63,488 bases of DNA from Priapulus caudatus (taxonomy: Eukaryota). The notes beneath the pieces were generated by a model. It was not told where the DNA came from. It saw only the letters and a program-made list of their open reading frames with translations, and made no database searches. The DNA is taken from contig NW_014577066.1 of assembly GCF_000485595.1 (NCBI RefSeq), forward strand, positions 199,908 to 263,395, given 5' to 3'. Shown here one piece after another: positions 14,301-25,500 of the stretch (within the stretch, counting starts at the first letter, position 1; every line of letters begins with the position of its first letter). Both the position numbers and the translations under genes were made by a program.

Positions 14301-15713
14301 ATAAAAGTTTGTGAAAAAATAAAGAAAAGAAAAATTATTTATCGCCTTCTTGTGTTCAGAAAATGTTAGGCTACAGACGTGGCTAACAGGAATCCAAATT
14401 GGCTAATGAAAATTGATTCTGGCTAATTGTTTGGCTACAGGAAAAATAATCCTAGCTAAGGCCCTGCATAATCACACCCTTAAGAGGCATGATGAAGAGC
14501 TCCACTAAAAAATCACACCCTTAAGAGGCATGATGAAGAGCTCCACTAAAAAATCACACCCTTAAGAGGCATGATGGAGAGCTCCACTAAAAATCACACC
14601 TTTAAAAGGGATGATGGAGAGCTCCTTAAGGGCTCGCCATCATGCCTCTTGGGGTGTGATGATGGAATCATGACCAATCCTCAGTCTAGAGTGAAATCCA
14701 AAACGAAAATTGGGATGTCATGTCAATCTACTGATTATCATTCATCTTCACCTTCATTCATTCAATGGCTTCATCAGGATTACATTCTTTTCATCCAACA
14801 ACCCAACACTAGCACACAGATTAATAAAAGAGTTGATCGGATGTAAAAATAAACTTGTTTTATTTATTCTGATTTCCATCCTTAGAGTTCTAATCCATGT
14901 ACCTGCATATTTCAGCCCAAAATATCATCACAATCCATCAACAAACTAGCCAAATTACTTGTACGTAGTAGCCACGTATGTAGCCCTCCAGCCCTACGAC
15001 TGTTTCACGTCGGCAGAAAACCACTTCTCGCCCAGTATAGTAGAAAACGAGCAGGTAACTTGTGGCTACGCCTATAGGTACTGTATTTGGATGCTGTTGT
15101 TTAGTTGTATTTATATATATATATATTAAACCAGAGGGTAGTAACCAGACCTGTACCCCTGCCATACGCTTCAGTTACTTACAACCACAAATTGTTGTGT
15201 GTGCTAACTTTTTTGTACCCCCCTACATTGAGAACTCTATGGAGCGCTATTTCAACATACTTTTGGTGCGCGATTTCAACCACTTTTATGAGGCGCGATG
15301 ATGCGCGCACCATGGCACAATTTCGGGTGCGCGGTGGAGCGCGATCGCGCCCCTTAAAAATGAAAGCCTGGTAACTAAACTACTTCTTTGACACCAGTGG
15401 TAGTGACATCACACCTTTATTTCGACAATCACAAATTTTTCTACACTCTTCACTTCTTATCATGTTTTAGTAGAAACATATTATTCATACATTGTCATTG
15501 GTCTGTTTCTTACCCACACACTGTATCAAGTTCCTGGACAGTACTCCGAGACACATTCATAATTCCCGCAATCTGCTTAACATTTGTTTTAGGCAGCCTT
15601 TTCAATACAATTGGTTCATCAGCAAGTGCACTCTGCCATGACTCGAGAAATTCTCTAATGCTCACTGGTTGTGATACATATGACAAGCTTCCAACGTTGT
15701 GTACCGAATCCAT
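2389..15713 (-). CDS. SNAPC3: snRNA-activating protein complex subunit 3 (SNAP50), 9 coding exons, 379 aa
   Basis: Exons 15713-15514, 11165-11076, 10746-10647, 10349-10248, 6547-6407, 4594-4512, 3836-3672, 3015-2908, 2539-2389. All introns GT-AG, phases consistent, 1140 nt. Motifs [60 protein letters not shown] and [13 protein letters not shown] match the SNAP50 zinc-finger family. Confidence 0.95.
4904..5578. mobile_element. Foldback-type non-autonomous element with about 125-bp terminal inverted repeats
   Basis: 4904-5030 is the reverse complement of 5452-5578; superfamily not assignable. Confidence 0.75.
5678..5943. mobile_element. Mutator-like MITE with an internal (TTAGGG)n tract
   Basis: Long TIRs (GCTGATAGGGTCTATGTC...); 9-bp TSD GTAAATAGT/GTAAATAGC. 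Confidence 0.75.
7840..9439. mobile_element. hAT-like non-autonomous element with a 6-bp TSD, containing nested elements
   Basis: TIR CAGYGCCTGAAATGG (clean left end in the duplicate at 1480, right end 9425-9439); GGTAAA on both flanks. Confidence 0.6.
8004..8990. mobile_element. Nested hAT-like element with a 5-bp TSD
   Basis: TIR CAGGGAAYAATTTTC (clean left end in the duplicate at 1631, right end 8976-8990); GTGTT on both flanks. Confidence 0.55.
9783..10054. mobile_element. Helentron-associated (HINE-like) non-autonomous element
   Basis: AACTAGAG end, subterminal CCTCTGCCAAG / CTTGGCGGAGG inverted repeats, no TSD. Confidence 0.5.
11686..12573. mobile_element. Tc1/pogo (Tigger-like) MITE carrying nested insertions
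   Basis: TA|CAGTAAAAATCGCATAAGTCGACA ... TGTCGACTTACGCGAGTTTTACTG; many internal GTCGACTTA repeats. Confidence 0.7.
12115..12365. mobile_element. Mutator-like (TTAGGG)n MITE, same family as 5678-5943
   Basis: Perfect 9-bp TSD TCGACTTAC (12106-12114 and 12366-12374). Confidence 0.8.
12680..14466 (+). mobile_element. hAT deletion derivative with a 6-bp TSD
   Basis: TIRs CAGGGCCCTCGCTA / CAGGGCCTTAGCTA; CATAAT on both flanks; carries a transposase C-terminal remnant. Confidence 0.8.
13935..14171 (+). pseudogene. hAT transposase C-terminal dimerisation domain remnant (ZNF862-like)
   Basis: [27 protein letters not shown]...IEGP...FDF...W fits the hATC pattern (P-x-S/T...ER-x-F...K-x-x-x-R). Confidence 0.8.
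14471..14666. repeat. About 41-bp tandem repeat (3.8 copies) followed by one inverted copy
   Basis: Unit ATCACACCCTTAAGAGGCATGATGAAGAGCTCCACTAAAAA starts at 14471, 14512, 14553 and 14593. Confidence 0.85.
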
Positions 15714-16511
15714 GCTTAGGCGGAAATACACAATTTATTTTACACACAAATGTCAATATTGACTCAATAATTTTGCTTCATCACGGAAGCTGCCATCTTT
15801 AGATGTTTACGTTTGTCTTGATTTCTACTTCTAGTGTTTGCAGACTCAATATATCATTGTTTTTATTAAATTCATTTAGTTACTTGCTTATGAATTAAAT
15901 GTTAAAATATTAATATTAAAATTGGAAGGGTTTGACTCTTTGAGTGCAAGCACCGCACTTAAATCAACAAAAATGAGCCAGAGCGAGAGCGCCATCTGTC
16001 GTGGAGTTTGCGGATTTCTCTCACCTAATCACGTACAAACTGCCCATTAACTACTCCGCCGTTAAAACAAAAGTAAACAGACAGGAAATTGTAAATTCAT
16101 TAAACTAGAGCCAAGTTGTTATTGTATGATTTACAAAATAACATTAAATTGTCTTAGTGTCGTTAATGCTAAACTCACTAAAGCAGATTAAATAAAACAC
16201 TTAATGGACCTGGCATGGACCTATTTTGTCTTTTACTGGGGGTGTTTGGTATGAAGGATAATAAGGAACCGTGTTTTATTAATACGTAGTCAAAATTGAG
16301 TTTATTTATCTGCAACGTATATATTTTTTGTAAGGTTTACGAAATTAACAAACTGTCTTTACAGATATGTAATATAATGTATAATAACTTAAGATAAAGC
16401 AATGACAAAAAAACTAAATACATGTTGTATGAGTTACCACAATCTTTTGTGAAGGCGTAGTAACCCGCGTCATCCAGTAGGCCTAGTAGGCAACAATTTA
16501 CCCGTCACACC
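15714..16511. promoter_or_regulatory. Putative bidirectional promoter and 5' UTR region between SNAPC3 and the hnRNP M/MYEF2 gene
   Basis: Divergent ATGs at 15713 (-) and 16512 (+); YY1-like AAGATGGC on the minus strand at 15792-15799. Confidence 0.6.
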
Positions 16512-19500
16512 ATGTCGGAAAAGTTAATTAAACAAGAAGGGAAAGAACACAGTAATCACGAGAGAATGGATGGAGCTGGGTATGCATATTATTTTTTCGA
16601 TAACGCACCTTATTTATTTGCATATGCCAAAATCGTATGGTACCTATACTGCCACTGCACTGGTTGGATAGGCAAAATTCTAAAGCGTGATGCCCCTGCC
16701 GTGCTTTCCCTTCTTCCCGCTGTGTCCACAGGTACTGCCAGAGCACAGGCACTTGGAGCGTTTCAATAAAATATAATGCTAAATAAATACGAAATCTATT
16801 TACTACCAAAGTCTTAATGTTTCTATACTCTCTTTCACCTATTAGTATTATTGCCGACAATAATCGGCGCAACCGATCGCGCCCCTTAAAAATGAAAGCC
16901 TGCTGGGTCCTGTCAACTCGGCCCACCTCCAAACTCGCCCCCGCAGTTGGGCGAGTTGACGCGTCAGGAGATCGGTGAGCTCGGCTCGTGGGATGAGTTC
17001 ACCCTCCTGGAGATCGGTGAGCTTGCCATGCCGGCTAACTCGTGAGATGTTTCACACACCCCAACTCTAATAACTTGCGAACGATTTGAGTTACATTTCT
17101 AAAATTCTAGATACAAGTAAACACATGTCTTAGCTATGGTTTCTGTGAATTTTGAGTATATTGAAGCACGAATAGTTTAATTAATTACCAAAAATATACG
17201 CACGGTATCCGTCATAGGCTAATGGTATATACCTATATATTTACCTGAATTCAACCAGATTGACCTGGCGATGGCGAAGCAGCAGACATGCATTTACGGT
17301 AGACAGATTTTATTATAGAGATCAGTGAGACAGGATACGCACCATAGACGATAGAAGACCACAGTTATTGATTGTCTCTGCATGCATGCGCCCTGCACTA
17401 CTTCCGATAATGGAGGCGCTTAGTCAAAAATGCTACCGATGTTTCGCTGCAGGGCTCGAATTAACCGACGGCACCGACGGCAATTGCCGTCGGTGCCCCT
17501 ATCAATTGCCGTACTGCCCCTGAAAATCCAACTCGACCGACGGCAGTCACCTGCCTTGCCCGTTTGTGTAATTGCCGTCGGTGCCCTTTAATCTACTGCC
17601 CTAGTTTCGTTTTTAGTCGAATTAACATAACACGTGCGCGTGCGTGCTGTAGTTGCAATGATGAGCTTAAAACCGATAGTCGCAGGAGGGAACAATAACA
17701 GCATCGGATAATTATTCACTCCTGATAGCGGGCATATAAAATTTATTGTTACTGTACTTCCATTAGCAGAGGGAGGTACAAGGGTCGGTGTTACGGTGTA
17801 AGCTTACATGGGGGCATATTGTTTTGTACATTAAAAGCAAGACGATGTTGATGTACTAATTTGTTATGAGTTTTCCTTTATTTTACAAAAGTGCCTTGGT
17901 GCCCTTCTCAAATTTTGAAAGTTGCCTTGGTGCCTTTTAAAATTGCCTCTGTGCCCTTCCATTTTAGAGAAAATTCAAGGCGATTTCTCACGTGCCCTAA
18001 AAAAATTGCCTTGCCCTTCTCGCCGCTTAATTCGAGCCCTGTTTCGCTGGCTACATTTTAGCCACAAAAAGTAATAAACAACACTCTTTTACCAGAAAAA
18101 GGATGTACCAACGCTTTATTGTGATATACTGTATTGGATCGCTATTTTTCGATGTATTTCGATATCAATATCGGACGCAAATCCATCGCGATTTATCGAT
18201 GAAGTGGGCATCGATGACAGTCCTAGCTTGTAGAATCGCATGAGCGTGCGTGCTTGCGTCCGTCCGTCAACAGTTGGGCACAAATCTTAACCGCTTGACG
18301 TACGGTCACGATATTTGGGAGTCGGGGGGGGGGATTGTGAAAAGGACTCAGGATGACAAATTTGGGTAAGATGTGTAAATGGAGGGGAATATTTCCCCCT
18401 TAACTTAAGGTATAGGAGGAAATACGGAATTGCGGCACAAATCTTAACGGCTCGACCTATGCTTTTAATATTTGGTGTATAGTGTGATGGGCAGGAAACC
18501 CATCACCAGTGCGAAATTGGAGGTTGCAGGTCAAAGGGCAGTGGGGAAAAGTTCAAGTGCACGTGCACCCACGTGTACGTGCAGATCAGCTTTCCTCCCA
18601 GATGTCTTTGCACCTCTACTTTGCAACTCTGATTACAATTAATTTACGGTTTTCCTTTTTTTCCCCCGGTTTAGCAGTGATACCGGACAGTGCACGCGCG
18701 CCATCTATCCAACGATTAGTAAATGGCGAACCCCATTAGAAATGCACATGCTATTGGAAAAAACGGCAGGCCCTACACCGATTACGTTAAGCTGTGCCAG
18801 CTTGACAAGGCCAAGGGTTGGATGTCGGCAGCACTTACCTCGCCGACAAGGCCTGGCAGAGGTTCATTACGGCGATAGCTGATGCCGGAACAGTTTGTAG
18901 CTATAAATGAGGCCAAATTCCTTGCTGTGATAAGTGACGGATCCACAGATTCCTCATCAAAGGAGGCCAAAATTTTATTTTCGAATTTAAATTTTATTTA
19001 ATTTAAATTTTAATCTTATGATCCATATCAAAGTTACATGTATTTTATACAATTGAATGTCTTTTACAAAACCTTTCTGGGGGACACCCTTTGGGGTACC
19101 CTGGGAGAGACCCCCTGTACCCCCTAGCAGAAGGGGGCTCCACCCTCCTACCCCACCTACCTCCTGGCAAATCACAATGCTTGTCGCTCTGCGCCTAGTA
19201 AGAGTCCTTCGGCAGGACTAGTAGAATCTTGGAAGGTCTAGTACATTTTTAGCTCACCTTGACATCGTCAAGTTGAGCTATTGCCATGGGTCGTCGTCCG
19301 TCGTACGTCCGTCCGTCCGTCCGTCCGTCCGTCCGTCCGTCCGTCAACATTTGGTTTCGGTCAACGATAACTCGGGAACCGTTTGACCCACATGTTTGAA
19401 ATTGGGTGTAGTTGTTACTGCTATGCTCCCATATGGAACGTCCTATTTTGAAGCACACCAGTCGACGTACTTTTCGAGCCACGGCAATTTTTTGCAAATT

Positions 19501-22500
19501 AGGTAGGGTTTGGCAATTATATAGCATATTATATAAACACAAACAGTCTGTGGTGTCACACTCGTCTGGTTCGTTTTACAAGATTTCATTGACAATATCT
19601 TTAATGCAAAATTAGTATTTCCTCTCCACTCTGTCTATATTAGAGTAAAGATTTACAAAACATGTCGGAACGCAGCATAACCTATTTATTTCAAGCGCAA
19701 TCGCTACAAAGCGGGTATAGCGCCATCTACGGTCACAAATTGTGATACATTTTGGTTTATAAATTATTATTGCGATATACAGATGGCAATAGTTTCTATA
19801 ATGTACGTCGATGGTTGCTCAATTAAAACTTACTTTTTCTTACTCACTCATTTGTGTCCTCATCTCTCCACTTTTTGTGGTGAGCTACAGTGTCATTGAC
19901 ACTTTCATTTTTTTTACTAGTCCTGTGGACTAATGAAGTAAAATGGTTAGTGTCTAACCCTGTAACAACAAATAATTTTTTAAATTAATATTTAAAAAAA
20001 ATAGGGTTAGGGTTAGGGTCACAATGCACCATAAAACAAGAGTTTCAGGCATGCGATTTGTATCAACCAATGGGATTTGGGAGGTATGCAGAATGCAGAA
20101 GGTTGCTGAAATGATGTGTACGCAACTGTGTATCTGCATATCTGCGCCTAACAAAGGTGTCACTACGCACTACTTAAATGTTACGTTTATAACCGTAGCA
20201 ACAGACCTCAGATGAGCCCAGATGCACTGCGGCTCTTGTGTATAGTATTGTGGGACATGTTCTAGACTAGGGCCGTAATGTTTTGGGATTTAATGTTTGC
20301 CCGAACATTTCATTTGTTTTATAAGCACGTAGCAGGTCACGATCGCAACTAGCTCTAGTACTATAGCCCGCGCACAGTTGCCGCAGAGCTATAGAACATT
20401 TTATGCCAGTTTTCCTAACTGCACCTGCTCCCAAATGCTTCCACGAAAAATGGCTCACAAAACGCAAAATGGTCGGGCTTTTTAACACTTATTTATCGAC
20501 ATGGACATCTCGCCTATCTTTTTGAACACTCCACAACTTTACACCATGTATTTATGCATTTATTCCTCAAAGTGCTAGCACTACTACAGGTCGTAGTACA
20601 AAAGTACGCATATACTTGCATTTCGTTTTCAAATGCTGTTGTGTACACGCATGACGTCACCCGAAATGTAGACAAAACACATGGGCAGCTATGATGCAAC
20701 CTATAGAGTACCGTGTGACGTCACGTTGTCAAGACAACGTACGGGCTGGTTCTACACAACCCACTGGCTCCATAACATTAACTGCGTGAAAATGTTGTGC
20801 GTACGTAAATCACGAGTGTGTGCGCTGCAGACAGCGGTAAAGCATCGGTAGCAAGTCGATCTTACAATATTTAATGAATTTTTTGTTTTTTTTGTTTGTT
20901 TGTTGCTTTTCACTTCCATCCTTTGGAAATCTATAGAAACTGCAATAATGACTCTCAGAATGATGGTTACAATCGGGTACAAAACACGACACGCAGTTAA
21001 TGTTACCAGAGCATATGATTGTGTAGAACCAGTAGGTTCGTTGTCATGCCACCGTGACGTCATCACTTCGGTACTCTATTACATTTCGTTACGTTGCGTT
21101 TTGTGAGCTATTTTTCGTGGAAGCATTGGGGAGCAGGTGCAGTTAGGAAAACTGGCATAAAATGTTCTATAGCCCTGCGGCAACTTCGCGGGCTATAGTA
21201 CTAGAGCTAGATCGCAACATGCAATACGTTGATTGAGATGATCAGTTGTTGCTACGCTTGTTGTGCCGTCGTCGCTAGGTCCCGCTCTCGGTCGCGATCG
21301 CCTGTGCGCAGAAGAGATGACAGACGGCGGGATAACACACGGCGCCGGCCAGACAACTACCGAGGCGGCGGCGGCGACCGTGGAGGAGGTGGGCCGCGCG
21401 ACAATCGCCGCGGTGGCAGGATCGATTTCGAGCGGAGGGTTTACCTCAGCAACATTCCATATGATCTGAAGTGGCAAGACATCAAGGATCTATTCCGAGA
21501 CAAAGGTGCGAGCGAGGAATAGCACTCGTTGGTTTACATTGCGGGCCTGTCACACAACCACACTCCGGACAGACTGTGGCCAACTATGTGCTCATGAGTG
21601 TGCACGTTTGGCAGTTTGGTTTGGTCTGTGCTTCACACCATGTATGCTGAATACCCGAGTAGTTATCTAATGTAAATATCTACAGGGGAAAGTTATACAA
21701 CGAGAATAGTTCTTTTCAATGGAAGTTCAGATCAGTGATCAAGGAATCAGTTTGTGAACCTATCAGATTGAATTGCTGTTTTCTTTAGTTGGTGGAGACG
21801 TCACGTATGTGGAGCTGTATGAATCTGGAGAAAATCAGCCAAAAGGATGTGGGTAAGAAATTTGTTGTTATTCATTATATTAATTGTCTTCTTTCAAAAA
21901 TGTGGTCAGTGCAGCTGCGCATTGCGAAAGTTTTAAAAATTGAACTTATGTAACAGAGAAATGTAAAGTTGATTTCTAGACTAGCTATAAGCCACTTTTT
22001 TATCTAAATATCTATTGTAGTATTAAATTTAAATTGTTGACGTGTGTTCTCATTGTCTGTTTCAGTGTTGTTGAGTTTAAGGATCAAGATACTGCGCAGA
22101 AAGCTATTGATATTATGCACAGATTTGAAATCAAGGGACGAAAACTTGTCGTAAAAGAGGTTTGTATGTTTACCTGTTAAGGCCAATTTTGTAGTCTCTG
22201 TAAATGTTGTAGTTCCCATTATTATATCATGTGTTGATAGTATTCTTGGATCGTATCTGTGTGTGTACATGTATATGCTTAAATCAAAATGTGTAACCCA
22301 TTGTAAAGGGGATATAATTTTGGTAGTTGTAAAAACTATACTACATGCTATGTTTTTACATGTTTTGTATACATGTATGTGTCTATGTAGGACAGAGAAA
22401 GCTTTCATCTTGACGACCGAGGAGGGGGACGAGGAGTAGGAGGTGGCGGCGGACATGGAGGCGGACATGGCATGGGAATGGGCATGGGAGGAGGAGGAAT

Positions 22501-25500
22501 GGGCGGTGGAATGGGAATGGGCGGTGGCATGGGAATGAGCGGTGGCATGGGAATGGGAGGAGGTACGTACGGCTCACACTCATGTTATCTACATGAGAAA
22601 ATAATAACAGTATAATAATGTAACTAGCAACCAAAAAAATCGTGTAAAAGTAATCTGATGTTGATTATAGCGTCTGAGCTAGTTGGGCCTATCGACACTC
22701 AGAATGTTCATTCATCGAATTTCAATAATTGTTGGCATTAAAATTTAAGTATTGTTACACTGCTGTCGAATGTCTGTGGAGAACTCAGTGTGTTTCTCTT
22801 GCGTTTGCGCAGGTATGGGAATGGGCGGTGGTCTAGGCATGGACCTTGGGACAGGCCTGGGAAACCTTGGAGGAGGTCTTGGCGGGATGGGCGGAGGAGG
22901 TCTCGGTGGCATGGGAGGAGGAGGTCTCGGAGGCATGGGAGGAGGAGGCCTTGGAGGCATGGGAGGAGGAGGAGGTCTCGGCGGAATGGGCGGAATGGGC
23001 GGAGGAGGTCTCGGTGGCATGGGCGGAGGAGGTCTCGGCAGTGGCGGCATGGGCGGCGGCGGAGGAGGAGGAGGAATCGGAGGCGGCTCGTCCGGAGGGT
23101 CGTTCAACACATATGGCGTGGCGCCGGAGGTGCTTCAGCGTCTTGGCATTGAGGGTCCGCTCTCCACCCGCGTGTTCGTCGCAAACGTAAGTCTCCACGT
23201 GCCGTTACTCACCCAGCCGGCACGTTGGGCATGTGTTTAGTTGGTCAGTCGGGCAGTTTTTCCTCGAGCATGGTGTGCAGTGTTCGATCGTATTTCATTG
23301 GAGATTGGTTTCTTCTCATTGCACGTGCGGCTAGATCGACGTCACTGCTTTACCTACGTGAACATTGGTAATTTGCAGTTGGCTGTACGCAATGATACAA
23401 CTCTTAGTGTACTCCCTGTCTGTATGTTGTCTGTACGTTACTGGACAACCGTTCGTGCTATACCTGTGTACATTATGGGACGACTGTCTGTGTAATACCT
23501 GTCTGTACGTCATTTGTATGTTGTCGATCAACTGTCAGTGTAATACCTCGCTGTACGTTGTCTCATCAACTGTCAGTGTAATACCTCGCTGTACGTTGTC
23601 CATCAACTGTCAGTGTAATACTTCTCTGTATGTTGTCTCATCGACTGAGTGTAATACCTCTCTGTATGTTGACCCATTGACTGTCAGTGTACTCCCTGTC
23701 TGTACGTTGACGCGCGTTCTCGTCCTCGCCTGCAGCTCGACTACAAGGTGACTGCACAGAAGCTGCGAGAGATCTTCGAGCTCGCCGGCAAGGTGATGGA
23801 CATCGTTCTCAAGTGCGACCAGGACGGCAAGAGCAAGGGCCACGCCGTCATCGAGTTTGAGCACCCGGTCGAGGCCGTGCAGTCGATCTCGATGTTCCGC
23901 GGCCAGCTCTACTACGGACGCACGATCACCATCCGCATGGTGAGTTGCTCCCGCGCCTGCCCGCGCCCCCGCAGCGGTCCGATTCTGATTTTGTTGTTGT
24001 TGTTAGGGAGGTGGGTTGCAGGGCGAGTGTTGTCTGGGGTTTGATGGGATGTTGTCGTGCACTGCAGCAAGTTGAGGGGGCACTAAAGAAACTATATATT
24101 TGAAAGGGTGGCAAGGCAAGTGTTGTCTTAGCTTAGATATATGGCAGTTAAGAGCTCAGCAGCAAGCTAGAGGTGCACCAAGGTAGATACATCTATCGAA
24201 AGAGGGGCTTTAAGGATTTTTTTGTGGTACAGGGGGGATAAATACACAAATAATGTGCACAGTGTAATCAGGCGCGGATCGTCTGGTGTGGTCTCCGCGG
24301 GATGCATATAATCGCAGACAAAAGGATGTTTAAGAGAAATGTAAAGCGTGAGGATAGGAGCATTACTGTGCAACTTGGATGTCGTGCCTGTGTCGACCAG
24401 ACATTGTAGCGTGTTATCAAAATTCCATTTTTGTTTGTTCCAAAGGATCGGATGGCAGACAAGCCCTTTGCCGAACTTCCAAAGAAACTTCCGGGTACGT
24501 CTGGTTACGTGCTGTTCAAAGCGAATTTGCGCAAATACACGAGGTTCTGTCAGCGCACAGTGTGCAAGAGTTAGCTGTCTTGTAGTAATGTGAGTTTTGC
24601 TGTTTTGCAGCGGGCTTGGCCGGAATCGGCCTTGGTCTAGGAGTTCACGGCAGCAGGCTTACTAGTTGCAAAGACGTGTCGAGTAAGTGAACATATCTGC
24701 CAACGCATTACTGACGAGTGTAACGAAAGTTCTATGCTGCATTTGAGTATGTCGGTTATTGTTGAAACTGGTTTTTTGTCGTGGGTAGCTGTTTCGTCCC
24801 GTTATCGTGTTTAGTATTGGTTTGTGATATGGAAGGAGTTTGCCTCAATGTCAGGGAGTGGTTTGGTTGCTGGGAAACAATCTGATTGGGAGAAAACGAG
24901 TGACTGAAGCACTTGTCCTTCTGTGTAACTGAGTTAGTGGTTTTCCCTCATGGAGATGCTTCTGACGAGCTGGTGTATTAGCACCAGCCTGCGCTGTGTG
25001 TAGCAATTGTCTGGTGGCTGCATACTTGTAGGAATTCAGTAGTTTCAATAAATATCACCTGTAAAGCCACAGTCATCGTTCCTCTACGCCACAATGGACA
25101 CTTATGCTAGCATCTGAGTTGTTTTCCATTACTAGATGTTGGACCACAAGATATGCCTAGTCTTGGCGGTGGAAGTGGCGGATCAAACCTTGGCATGGGT
25201 GGAAGTGGTGGCGGCGGATTCGGAAACCTGGGTGGAGGTAGGTTTGGCTGACGCCATTACATTCGTTTATCCGAGACCGTATTCGGATGACACCAATCGC
25301 TGAAAGCGTCATTGTAGTCGAGTCTGACCACCTAGCAAATTGTTTTGCCTGGGCTGTGCCCACCCTGTTAACATTATATATATATATACAATATATGCAA
25401 CGTTTATACATCCCTGATGTTCGTACATTAGCACGTGTCCATGTATGCGTGTTAGGTGTACGAACCCTGTAGCGGCTCGTCTGATCGCGCGCTGTCCTCT

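Noticed and set aside
14471..14626. CRISPR-like array
   Set aside because: The units are contiguous with no unique spacers, the context is eukaryotic, and there are no cas genes.
22745..23198. Proline-, arginine- and glutamate-rich ORFs in other frames and on the minus strand
   Set aside because: Shadows of the Gly-Met repeat exon of the hnRNP M/MYEF2 gene.
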